Shown here piece after piece: positions 19,162-28,530 of a stretch of 64,000 nt of DNA; position 1 is the stretch's first letter, and each line of letters starts with the position of its first letter. The translations under genes and the position numbers were made by a program. The stretch comes from Candidatus Syntropharchaeum caldarium (lineage in GTDB: Archaea > Halobacteriota > Syntropharchaeia > Syntropharchaeales > Syntropharchaeaceae): positions 39,777 through 103,776 of the forward strand of contig LYOS01000002.1 of NCBI GenBank assembly GCA_001766815.1, read 5' to 3'. The notes under the pieces were generated by a model that did not search any database, was not told the DNA's origin, and saw only the letters and a program-made list of their open reading frames with translations.

Positions 19162-20201
19162 TTAACTATCCCTCGCTCCACTGCGAATACTTCGGCATTG
19201 AGGACAGACGCTCCAACAGCACCCCTTATCGTGTTGTGCCCCATGGCGATGTACTTCAATCCCATACTATCTGCCCGTATCCTCCCGACAGAGACCGTCA
19301 TCCCCCTGCCAAGATCGCGATCAAGGCGTGGCTGTGGACGATCTTCCTCTTCCATCACCATGATCGGCATCTCTGGAGATGTGGGAGACTCAATCTCTCT
19401 CCTGAAGTCATAAAAAGCCTTTTTAATTTCACTAACTGAGGGATCGGATGTGAACTCAACCCAGATCGCTTCTGTATGTCCATCTATCACAGGAACTCGA
19501 TGGCAGCTCGCACTTATCTTGAAGTTTGCAGGTTTCACGACATCACCATCAAGCTCACCGAGGATCTTCAAAGGCTCTGTTTCCATCTTTCCCTCTTCAC
19601 CACCAATGAAGGGTATGACATTGTCGTGTATCGCCATCGCAGGCAAGCCCGTATATCCTGCACCAGAGATCGCCTGCATCGTTGCAACCCGCACATGCTT
19701 AATCCCAAATTGCATGAGTGGTTTGAGCGTCATGGTCATCACGATGGTTGAACAGTTCGGATTTGTGATGATGCACCCATCCCAGCCGCGCTTTCTTTGC
19801 TGGACCTCGATCAACGCGAGATGATCACGGTTAACCTCAGGAATTACAAGTGGAACATCTGCATCCATACGGTGAGCTGCTGCGTTGCTTGCCACGGTAA
19901 AACCGGCCTCTGCAAATTCGACTTCAGTCTTTTTAGCGATATTTGCAGGTATAGCTGAGAATAGAAGTTCAATATCACTATTTTTGAGTGATTCGGGTCT
20001 TGCAAGCTTGACCTCCATCGTCTTGAGATCTTCGGGCAACGCTGTCTCGATGAGCCACTTTGTAGCATCCCTGTACTTCTTTCCAGCACTTCGTTCAGAT
20101 GCAAGAAGTTCTGTAATCTCAAACCATGGATGTTCTGAGAGTATCTGGATAAAACGTTGTCCCACAGCTCCTGTTGCTCCAAGTACGCCTACTTTTATCA
20201 T
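19158..20201 (-). CDS. asd: aspartate-semialdehyde dehydrogenase
   Basis: 347 aa. GATGAVGQ NAD(P) site. Active-site Cys context (ITNPNCSTI) and His (ASCHRVPV). Confidence 0.9.
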   Translation of the reverse strand: MIKVGVLGATGAVGQRFIQILSEHPWFEITELLASERSAGKKYRDATKWLIETALPEDLKTMEVKLARPESLKNSDIELLFSAIPANIAKKTEVEFAEAGFTVASNAAAHRMDADVPLVIPEVNRDHLALIEVQQRKRGWDGCIITNPNCSTIVMTMTLKPLMQFGIKHVRVATMQAISGAGYTGLPAMAIHDNVIPFIGGEEGKMETEPLKILGELDGDVVKPANFKISASCHRVPVIDGHTEAIWVEFTSDPSVSEIKKAFYDFRREIESPTSPEMPIMVMEEEDRPQPRLDRDLGRGMTVSVGRIRADSMGLKYIAMGHNTIRGAVGASVLNAEVFAVERGIVK

Positions 20202-20334
20202 TTTATACCCACCTTTAAAACCTACAAATCTACTCCTTTATATACTTATACTTTTCGATTGACCGTATTTTACCCACAAATTCACATATCCCTCACCAAT
20301 TCTTTAATAGATCCAGCATCATATATTTATCTAC

Positions 20335-21210
20335 ATGATCGAAGTGAGGGAGTTGCGAAAGGAGTATGGCAAATTTGTAGCGGTTGAGGGTCTGGATTTT
20401 ACGGTTGAAAAAGGCGAGATATTTGGTATTGTGGGCCCAAACGGGGCTGGAAAGACGACAACTCTCAAGATGATCTCAACACTCATCCAGCCAACCTCTG
20501 GAAAAGTGCGCATTGGAGGTTTTGATGCGATTGATGATGAGATCGAGGTCAGGAAACGACTTGGTTTTCTGCCGGAAGAATCACCACTCTATGAAAACAT
20601 GACGATCGATGGGTATCTCCTTTTTTTCTCAGAGCTTTATGGACTTGAACCAGAGGATGCACTTTTGAAAATAGATAAGCTACTGTCAATGCTTAATTTA
20701 GAGAACAATGGAAAGAGACTCGGTAATCTCTCGAAAGGAATGAAAAGAAAGGTCGTAATTGCAAGATCTCTCCTGAACGACCCTGATGTTTTGATCTATG
20801 ATGAGCCAACATCTGGACTTGACCCAATGACCTCAAAGCAGATCATTGACTTCATTTATGAGATGAAACAGGAAGAGAAGACGATTGTTTTCAGTGCACA
20901 CAATCTCTATCAGGTTGAGAAGATCTGTGACAGAATTCTGATCATGAAAAATGGTAGATCAGTTGTTATCGGGACTGTTGACGAGATTAGAAAAAGATGG
21001 GGCGAGGAGAGCTATTTTGTGGAGTTTGTCTCCGCGAACCCTCCTCAGGGAGATCTCTGGCGTGAGAACGGACATTATAAAATGAAGTGCAGAGGTTCAC
21101 ACGAGATGAACGATGTGACGCGCTTCATACTGGAGCATGGGGGAGAGATCCTCAGGATAACGCCATACGAATCAACGCTCGAGGAGATCTTCATACGTGT
21201 TGTGGAGTAG
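20335..21210 (+). CDS. ABC transporter ATP-binding protein (ABC-2 / CcmA-NosF type), no permease gene adjacent
   Basis: Walker A GPNGAGKTT, signature LSKGMKRKV, Walker B LIYDEPTSGLD. Confidence 0.85.
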   Translation: MIEVRELRKEYGKFVAVEGLDFTVEKGEIFGIVGPNGAGKTTTLKMISTLIQPTSGKVRIGGFDAIDDEIEVRKRLGFLPEESPLYENMTIDGYLLFFSELYGLEPEDALLKIDKLLSMLNLENNGKRLGNLSKGMKRKVVIARSLLNDPDVLIYDEPTSGLDPMTSKQIIDFIYEMKQEEKTIVFSAHNLYQVEKICDRILIMKNGRSVVIGTVDEIRKRWGEESYFVEFVSANPPQGDLWRENGHYKMKCRGSHEMNDVTRFILEHGGEILRITPYESTLEEIFIRVVE

Positions 21211-21221
21211 ATGTAACACCA

Positions 21222-22613
21222 TCAGGCTTGCTGTTCAAGTAGTGCTATCGCAAAAGTAATCATATTCTTGTACTGATCATCCACCCGCTCTTTTGCATCA
21301 CGCAGAGCGTCGATAACACTTTTATCCCCCAGATACCCAAGTGCAACCGCTGCACCACCAGTAAGATCCCCATCCTCTGAGTTTAGAAGCTCAGTGAGCA
21401 GATCACGGGCGCCTTCAACGCCTTTCATCTGTGCGAGACAGTTGAATAGAATCACTGCCCTGTTTCTTCTATTATAAGATTCTGAACTTGTGAGTTCCTC
21501 TTTCAGGAATGGAAGCATGTCTTCGCCTGATTCAACAATTTTATCCACAAACGCACCGATGACAGCCTCATCAAAGACTTTGATTCCGTCGATCATAACC
21601 CTTTTAGATGAGTCACCACCGATCTTTGAAAGGATCTCAGGTGCATCCAGTGAAATTGGATCACCGCGCAGGATGGCAGATCGAAGATATGGTATCGCAT
21701 CCTCGCCGAGCTCAACGATCTCATCAACTTCACCGCCCGCAACGATCGCGCAAAGATCAGAGTCCGTGTCAACAGTGCCTGCTGATTCAAGTGCCATGAT
21801 CTCATTCACGCGCCATATCAGGTTATCAAACTCCTCTCGATTAAGATATCTGGTCTCTGGATCACCAGCATGCTCATTATATTTTATTGCGAGTTCTACT
21901 CCCTCTTCTGCGAGTTTTAAAGCCTCATCATAGGTGCCGGTCTTTATCATGCCCTCGATCAGTTTTGCACGGCTTAAAAGATCCTCTGGGTAGCGTGATG
22001 CGATCTTACCCCCAACCTCGATAAGCTCATCAACCCGGTTCTCCCGGTCAAAGAATGCCATGAGATTTACAAGGGCTGAATAATCGTCTGGATTAACCTC
22101 CAGAACCTCCTTAAATTCTTTCTCAGGATCTTTTACCTCCACATATCCTGCAACAAGGTAATCAGCGAGCCTATCAAAGATCTCTTCCCCTCTTGCCTCT
22201 TCTACAATTGAGATTGCACGCTCAAGATCTGCTATCTCACGTCTCACAATGTGATACTCTCTGCTTTCCTCGTCGAGCTTCTCACATAATTCCTTGCCAT
22301 GCTTTGACATCTCTTCAAGGCGCGTCTTGAGTGCATCAACCCAGACGGGGTCATTGATATCCTTCAAGTTCTTGAGCCTGTAGCCTGTCTCGATCTGATC
22401 AAAAACGGGCATCATCTCACGAGCTATAAGTTTCCATGCTCCATTCTCTATTGTTCCAACGTCTATGGGCTTGAATTCTTTGATCTGGTCATAAAATTTA
22501 GCGATGCGTTCTGCAAACTCCTTCTGTGACTCAGTACCACGTTTTTTAAGCAGTCTTATGGCACGCCTGACCTCTTTCTCCGGTTTATTCCTTGCCATAC
22601 TATCACATTCCAT
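21222..22613 (-). CDS. HEAT/PBS-lyase-type repeat protein, hypothetical
   Basis: 463 aa. Coiled-coil N-terminus. C-terminal half contains HEAT-like repeats (...DGDLTGGAAVALGYLGDKSVIDALRDA...). Confidence 0.5.
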   Translation of the reverse strand: MECDSMARNKPEKEVRRAIRLLKKRGTESQKEFAERIAKFYDQIKEFKPIDVGTIENGAWKLIAREMMPVFDQIETGYRLKNLKDINDPVWVDALKTRLEEMSKHGKELCEKLDEESREYHIVRREIADLERAISIVEEARGEEIFDRLADYLVAGYVEVKDPEKEFKEVLEVNPDDYSALVNLMAFFDRENRVDELIEVGGKIASRYPEDLLSRAKLIEGMIKTGTYDEALKLAEEGVELAIKYNEHAGDPETRYLNREEFDNLIWRVNEIMALESAGTVDTDSDLCAIVAGGEVDEIVELGEDAIPYLRSAILRGDPISLDAPEILSKIGGDSSKRVMIDGIKVFDEAVIGAFVDKIVESGEDMLPFLKEELTSSESYNRRNRAVILFNCLAQMKGVEGARDLLTELLNSEDGDLTGGAAVALGYLGDKSVIDALRDAKERVDDQYKNMITFAIALLEQQA

Positions 22614-22743
22614 GCGACATACTACACCATACTAAAAAGTATTTTCCTGTTCCCGTCTGCCATGAGATAGATCAGATAGATCATCAGACAACTCTTATAT
22701 AGACTGTTAAATCTATTTTTTTAAGTACGCGAGGTGCAAAGGT

Positions 22744-24336
22744 ATGACAACAGCGGGAAGCTCTCCCATCGTTATTCTCAGTAAAGGTACAGCCAGTTCA
22801 AGGGGAACTGAGGTGCAAAACAATAACATTTCTGCAGCAATGGCAGTTGCAGAAGCAGTAAGAACAACACTCGGACCACGAGGAATGGACAAGATGCTTG
22901 TCGATACAATTGGAGATGTGGTGATCACAAACGATGGCAGCACAATCCTCAAGGAGATCGATATTGAGCATCCTGCGGCAAAGATGGTCGTCGAGATCTC
23001 AAAGACACAGGATACAGAAGCAGGTGATGGAACAACAACCGCGGTTGTGATCGCTGGTGAACTCCTGAAAGGTGCAAAAGAACTTATTGAACTTGACGTG
23101 CACCCCGCCGCAATCATCTCTGGCTATCGCAGCGCGCTCAAACTGGCGAAAGAAGCGCTCGATGAGATCGCGATCGATATGGACGCAATTGAGAATGATG
23201 AAACGCTCCTCAAGATCGCAAGAACATCACTCACTGGCAAGGGCGTTGATGTGGCACACGATCATCTCGCTGAGGTTGTGGTTGCTGCTGCAAGGGCGGT
23301 TGCAGACGAGGAGGGGGTTGATATCGATCGAATCAATGTGGAGCGGAAGGTCGGAGGCAGGGTGAATGATACATTCATGATAAATGGGGTTGCGATCGAC
23401 AAGGAGAAGGTACATTCAGGTATGCCTGATAGAATCAGGGACGCAAAGATCGCACTCATCAACTCATCGCTTGAGATTAGAAAGACCGAGTTCAGTTCAG
23501 AGATCGCCATAAAAAGCCCTGATCAGCTTCAGACATTTTTGGAGCGGGAAGAGGCGTTGATGAAGGAGATGGTGGAGAAGATCAAAGCGAGCGGTGCAAA
23601 CGTTGTTTTCTGCCAGAAAGGAATGGATGATCTGGTACAGTTTTATTTCGCAGATAAAGGTATACTCGCCCTAAGGAGAGTCAAAAAAAGCGATATGGAG
23701 CGTATTTCAAGAGCGACAGGGGCACAGGTCATCACAAACATCGATATGATCGATGAAGAAGCTCTTGGAAGGGCAGAACTTGTCGAGGAGCGGCGGTTTG
23801 GTGGGGATAAGATGACGATCATAGAGGGATGTCTCGATCCAAAAGCAGTATCGATTGTTCTGCGCGGTGGGACGGATTATGTTGTTTCAGAGTTAGAACG
23901 GGCGATTCACGATGCATTGAATACGGTTGGGTCTGCGATTGAGGATAGAAAGATTGTAGCTGGCGGAGGATCACCAGAGGTCGAACTCGCGATGCGGTTG
24001 CGGTCATACAGCAGCAGACTCAAAGGAAAGGAGCAACTCGCTCTTAAGAAATTTGCAGATGCGCTTGAGGTGATACCAGAGACACTTGCCGAGAACTCAG
24101 GATTTGATCCAATGAACAAACTCGTTGAACTGCGTGCTATGCACAATAAAGGTCAAAAAACGGCTGGAATCGATGTCCAAACTGGAAAAATCAGCGATAT
24201 GCTTGAGCAGGGTGTGATCGAACCGTTGCGCGTGAAGCGCCAGGCTTTAAACTCGGCTGTAGATGCCGCAACGATGCTCCTGCGAATAGATGATGCAATT
24301 CCTATGAAAGGATCATCGCCCGGGGAGAGAAAGTGA
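22744..24336 (+). CDS. ths: thermosome subunit (group II chaperonin)
   Basis: [21 protein letters not shown]-binding motif. 530 aa with a C-terminal tail. Confidence 0.9.
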   Translation: MTTAGSSPIVILSKGTASSRGTEVQNNNISAAMAVAEAVRTTLGPRGMDKMLVDTIGDVVITNDGSTILKEIDIEHPAAKMVVEISKTQDTEAGDGTTTAVVIAGELLKGAKELIELDVHPAAIISGYRSALKLAKEALDEIAIDMDAIENDETLLKIARTSLTGKGVDVAHDHLAEVVVAAARAVADEEGVDIDRINVERKVGGRVNDTFMINGVAIDKEKVHSGMPDRIRDAKIALINSSLEIRKTEFSSEIAIKSPDQLQTFLEREEALMKEMVEKIKASGANVVFCQKGMDDLVQFYFADKGILALRRVKKSDMERISRATGAQVITNIDMIDEEALGRAELVEERRFGGDKMTIIEGCLDPKAVSIVLRGGTDYVVSELERAIHDALNTVGSAIEDRKIVAGGGSPEVELAMRLRSYSSRLKGKEQLALKKFADALEVIPETLAENSGFDPMNKLVELRAMHNKGQKTAGIDVQTGKISDMLEQGVIEPLRVKRQALNSAVDAATMLLRIDDAIPMKGSSPGERK

Positions 24337-24362
24337 TATGCCTCCGGTGATATTATATTACT

Positions 24363-25694
24363 ATGCAACATATGGATCTGAGTACAATCAATATCAGCAC
24401 AAAGGATAGAGAACTACTGAAGAAGAACGGTATCCGTACTGTGGAGGCGCTCGCGATTTTAACTCCAGGCGAGCTCCCGTTCGGAAAGCAGAAAGCAAGT
24501 GCGATGATACAGAACGCAAGGAATGTGATCGCATCGAATAATATCGAAGCGATCGAGATAGAAGATGAAGAGGTGAGGGTGATCTGTTCTGAGCTTGATC
24601 CTGTGATTGAAGCATCGATCAAAGCAGTACTCGGGCTTGATAACCCACACAATCTCATCGAGGTCGAGGATAAAGAATTTTTGATAACTCCAAAGTGGGG
24701 GGCTGAACTCACATGGCGAAGGCTTGTCCTACCACAGATCGTTAAATGGAAGTATGTACTCGATAGTTCAAAAGAGGAACTTCTAAAGGAAAACAGTGGC
24801 TTATCGCTTGATCCAAGCGCAATCATCGATTTTGCTAAGAGCAAAGGCTTTGATGGCTTCTGCAGAGATGTTTTTGAGGATATAAAGGGCAATGAGATCA
24901 TGAAGATGGCGATCACAACCGCACTCTTCTCCACTTTTGATGAACCTGTTCATATTGCGATTGTGGGACCACCCGCATCATCAAAGACCCTTGCACGGGA
25001 GATAATCTCTGACAATATCTCATCTGTTGAGCGAATTGGTGGGAACAGCACAAGAGCAGGGCTTGTTATAAATTATTCTACAGGAGAGCTTGGATCGATC
25101 GCTTATGCAGATGAGCGTCTTGTGCTTGCAGATGAGTTTGATAAAGTCCCGAAAGGAGATATCGAGATGATCTATGAGCTCATGAGCAACGGAACCTGCG
25201 ATGTCCACTCGGGCAGGGTCCACAGAACGATACGCTCAAAGTTCATCATGATAGCAACGATGAATCCCAGAAGAGATGTATTCTCAGCCAATGCGATCGA
25301 AGATATCGGACTGCCACCGACACTGGCATCAAGGTTTGCACTGATCGTTAAGACCGACGATCTCGGTAAACCTGACAGGCTTGATCTCTTCAAAAAGAAG
25401 TTTTACACAGGAAATGAACTCAAAAAGTTCTCGCTCTACTTTGATGAGTGGGTAAAACTTGCACGGACTCATGAACCAGGTATTGTAGCCTCAAACGTTG
25501 ATGAATACCTTGAGAAGATCAATGAGATCGTTGAGGAGTTTGGGTCATCGCCCCTGAGGCGAGATAACAGAATGGGGGAATATGCAAGAAATATTGCATT
25601 CGCGATCGCAAGGTCTGAGTTTACCGATGTCGACGATCGTGTGCTTGATAAGGCACTGGAGATCATCGAAGGTTCTGTGAGGGAGTGGTTGTAA
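24363..25694 (+). CDS. MCM-family AAA+ ATPase domain protein with N-terminal helix-hairpin-helix, lacking the MCM N-terminal OB/Zn domain
   Basis: HhH (LKKNGIRTVEALAILTPGELP). Walker A IVGPPASSKT, Walker B LADEFDKV, sensor-1 IATMNP, Arg finger SRFAL. These are MCM-like motif spellings, not RFC or Lon-like. Confidence 0.55.
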   Translation: MQHMDLSTINISTKDRELLKKNGIRTVEALAILTPGELPFGKQKASAMIQNARNVIASNNIEAIEIEDEEVRVICSELDPVIEASIKAVLGLDNPHNLIEVEDKEFLITPKWGAELTWRRLVLPQIVKWKYVLDSSKEELLKENSGLSLDPSAIIDFAKSKGFDGFCRDVFEDIKGNEIMKMAITTALFSTFDEPVHIAIVGPPASSKTLAREIISDNISSVERIGGNSTRAGLVINYSTGELGSIAYADERLVLADEFDKVPKGDIEMIYELMSNGTCDVHSGRVHRTIRSKFIMIATMNPRRDVFSANAIEDIGLPPTLASRFALIVKTDDLGKPDRLDLFKKKFYTGNELKKFSLYFDEWVKLARTHEPGIVASNVDEYLEKINEIVEEFGSSPLRRDNRMGEYARNIAFAIARSEFTDVDDRVLDKALEIIEGSVREWL

Positions 25695-26951
25695 TCAGAG
25701 CGCCTGCATAATCTCCCTGGCTCGATCCATACGAATTGCTCCTTCTTTAATCATGATCTCCGCGACCTTATCGATCTGATCGCCTGTTGCACCCGCTGCA
25801 ATCGCGATATTCTTTGCATGAAGTTTCATATGTCCACGCTGTATCCCCTCGGTTGCAAGCGCTCTCAGTGCTGCAAAATTCTGGGCAAGCCCTACTGCAG
25901 CGATCACCTCAGAAAGCTCTGACGCGGTTTTAACACCAAGCATCCTGATCGAAGCCCTTGCTACAGGATGTGTTCTCGTTGCACCACCCACAAGTCCCAC
26001 CGCGACAGGCATCTCGATTGTACCAGCAAGATCTCCGTTCTCGGTCTTTTCCCATCTTGTAAGTGGCTGGTAGTTACCGTTTCTGGCAGCATACGCATGT
26101 GCACCTGCCTCGATCGCCCGTGTATCGTTTCCTGTTGCAAGCACAACCGCGCTGACGCCGTTCATTATCCCTTTGTTATGGGTTGCCGCCCGATAGGGAT
26201 CAAGCTTTGCAAGCCTGTAGGCATCGATGATCCGATCAACGACCTCTTCCCCCCCGATCACATTTTTGGGAAAGATCGCCCCAGCCATCGCAACCCTTCT
26301 ATCTGCAAGATTTGAAATAATCTTCAAAATCGCTTCTCCACCTGTAATCTCCTCAAGAATTGGGGAAACACTCTCTGCCATTGTGTTAACAGCATTTGCA
26401 CCCATTGCATCGCGACAATCGACCAGCAGATGTACTACAAGCATCGACTCTCTGCCATCCTCGATGACGCGTACCTCAAGATCCTTTGCACCACCCCCCA
26501 TCTTAACAAGCATTGGATCCTGTGCATTTGCGTGCTCTATAATTCTCTTCTGTGCCTTAAGTACCTCAAACCTTGCAGCAAAAGGATCTTTGATACCAAC
26601 AAGCTGTATCTGACCAATCATTACTGGATCACTCGAACTTGTCGTGAATCCGCCCCCCTCTCGCGCCATCTTTGCCGCGTTGCTCGCTGCTGCAATAACA
26701 GAAGCTTCTTCTATCGCCATGGGGATGAGGTAATCCTTATCATTTATCCTGAAGTTCAGTCCCACCCCGAGCGGCATCTCCAGATAGCCGATCACATTCT
26801 CAACCATCCGATCGAGATCCGTAATCGTTGCACCGCTGCCAGCAATCGCTGATGTTTCTTCGTCAGAGAGATCGGCGAAAGCTTTCACGATTTCAAGCCG
26901 CTCTTCGGGATTTTTCTTGAAAAAACCTGAGATCCTTGAGTTTTTCTCCAC
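25695..26951 (-). CDS. hmgA: 3-hydroxy-3-methylglutaryl-CoA reductase, class II (bacterial/P. mevalonii type)
   Basis: [54 protein letters not shown](K)LHA. Nearly collinear with class II MvaA as remembered. Class II enzymes are known in Archaeoglobus. Confidence 0.88.
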   Translation of the reverse strand: MEKNSRISGFFKKNPEERLEIVKAFADLSDEETSAIAGSGATITDLDRMVENVIGYLEMPLGVGLNFRINDKDYLIPMAIEEASVIAAASNAAKMAREGGGFTTSSSDPVMIGQIQLVGIKDPFAARFEVLKAQKRIIEHANAQDPMLVKMGGGAKDLEVRVIEDGRESMLVVHLLVDCRDAMGANAVNTMAESVSPILEEITGGEAILKIISNLADRRVAMAGAIFPKNVIGGEEVVDRIIDAYRLAKLDPYRAATHNKGIMNGVSAVVLATGNDTRAIEAGAHAYAARNGNYQPLTRWEKTENGDLAGTIEMPVAVGLVGGATRTHPVARASIRMLGVKTASELSEVIAAVGLAQNFAALRALATEGIQRGHMKLHAKNIAIAAGATGDQIDKVAEIMIKEGAIRMDRAREIMQAL

Positions 26952-26991
26952 AATTGCGCCCCCTTATGAACGCTATGCTATGATCATTATC

Positions 26992-28170
26992 CTACAGTAT
27001 TCCAACAAGATCTTTCAGTATCAATGGATTCTTCCTGATGATCCTGATTATGAACTCGGTGCTGCTTAACCCCTCGATATCTTCCCCATCAAGCGAGGCT
27101 GCGATTCTGTTAAGCTCAGCATCACTCAGTTTTAATAAAACATTCTTTGTCCTGAGCATCTTACTGAGTTTCTTGCCGATCTCTTCGCGCCATCGCACCT
27201 CATACTCATCAAGCCCGCTGGCAGATGTATCACCACGCGATATGGCATCTGCTGCAACCTCACCTGCGATGACCCCTGCATTCATTGCGTTGATAATTCC
27301 ACCCCCTGTCAATGGATCGCTCTGTCTCGCAGCATCGCCGACAAGCATCAAACCATCTGCAACTGTCTGTTTGATCGGTCCACAAACTGCAACACCGCCA
27401 AGAACAACCTCAAGGATCTTTCCCTCAGGAAACCTGGATTTTACGAATCGGTTGAGGTAATCGATCGGCCTGAGATCGCCCATCATCGTGCTATTGAGCC
27501 CTATGCCGACGTTTGCCATCTGCTCACCCTTGGGAAAGACCCACGCATAGCCGCCTGGGGCAATCTCATTCCCAAGATAGAACTCGGTGAAGAAGCCATC
27601 AAGCTCAATCCCTGTGATTAAATACTGGGCGCATGTTACAATATCCTCCAGTCCGAGGCAGGTATCAATTCCACCCCACCTTCCAACCTTCGACTCAATC
27701 CCATCTGCACCGACCACAATATCAGATTTTATACTGTGATGTTCACCAAGATGGACAACCTCGACACCAGCAATCCTACCATTATCAAACAGAAGCCCTG
27801 ATGCCCGACACTTGACAACCACATCGGCACCAGCTCTAACCGCATTCTGTGCAAGTACACGATCAAATATCTTACGCTCAAGGATGCATCCGCTTTTACT
27901 GGCACTTGCGATCTTGAGGTGAGACCCGTTTGGCGCATATATCTTTGCAGCCTCAATTTCACATGCTATCCAGCGATCATCCAGGGTTACATAGCGAGCC
28001 AGCTCTTTTGTACCAACCCCTTCCGCACATCTAACAGGCGTCCCGATCTCCTGTCGCTTCTCGATCATGAGAACTTCAAGTCCTGCTTCTGCAGCAGTCT
28101 TTGCCGCCATCGATCCCCCTGGACCTGCGCCAACAACTATGAGGTCATATTTATCCTTAAATTCCATCAT
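26992..28170 (-). CDS. geranylgeranyl reductase (digeranylgeranylglycerophospholipid reductase), FAD-dependent
   Basis: DLIVVGAGPGGSMAA FAD fold, RCAEG, and full-length GGR architecture (392 aa). Confidence 0.9.
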   Translation of the reverse strand: MMEFKDKYDLIVVGAGPGGSMAAKTAAEAGLEVLMIEKRQEIGTPVRCAEGVGTKELARYVTLDDRWIACEIEAAKIYAPNGSHLKIASASKSGCILERKIFDRVLAQNAVRAGADVVVKCRASGLLFDNGRIAGVEVVHLGEHHSIKSDIVVGADGIESKVGRWGGIDTCLGLEDIVTCAQYLITGIELDGFFTEFYLGNEIAPGGYAWVFPKGEQMANVGIGLNSTMMGDLRPIDYLNRFVKSRFPEGKILEVVLGGVAVCGPIKQTVADGLMLVGDAARQSDPLTGGGIINAMNAGVIAGEVAADAISRGDTSASGLDEYEVRWREEIGKKLSKMLRTKNVLLKLSDAELNRIAASLDGEDIEGLSSTEFIIRIIRKNPLILKDLVGIL

Positions 28171-28364
28171 TCAACCTCCATCGCGAGAGCACCGACAGGA
28201 CAGACATCGACACATGACCTGCAATCTGAACAGCTATCCTGATCGATCTCAAGCCACAACTCAATAAGATCGAGTGCGTTTGACGGACAGACGCCAACGC
28301 ATGTTCCACAATAGCCACATTTATATCTGTTTACAAGAATCAAAACCTCATCACCCCTGAGCAA
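28167..28364 (-). CDS. small 2x[4Fe-4S] ferredoxin co-transcribed with geranylgeranyl reductase
   Basis: CGYCGTCVGVCP and CSDCRSCVDVCP. 4-nt overlap with the GGR gene. The track start at 28388 overlaps the tRNA, so the true start is probably TTG 28364 or TTG 28343. Confidence 0.65.
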   Translation of the reverse strand: MLRGDEVLILVNRYKCGYCGTCVGVCPSNALDLIELWLEIDQDSCSDCRSCVDVCPVGALAMEVE

Positions 28365-28439
28365 TAGCGGGGGATGGATTCGAACCATCGATCTTCGGGT
28401 TATGAGCCCGACGGGATCTCCTGACTACCCCACCCCGCT
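28365..28439 (-). tRNA. initiator tRNA-Met (CAU), archaeal type
   Basis: The minus strand folds into a cloverleaf. A1:U72 acceptor start (AGCGGGG/CCCCGCU), U8, three G-C pairs closing the anticodon stem, loop CUCAUAA, T-loop UUCGAAU. No encoded CCA. Confidence 0.9.
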
Positions 28440-28530
28440 AATGTAACCTAATAACGATGGGTTAATAAAGGTTGTGGATTGTTTTCGCTGATGGCAATAT
28501 TGATTAACAGCTTCTCATATATTTAATACA

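Noticed and set aside
20335-21210. Solitary ABC ATPase without an adjacent permease, considered as part of a novel system
   Set aside because: Orphan ABC ATPase genes are common, and the permease may be encoded elsewhere. No other unusual features.
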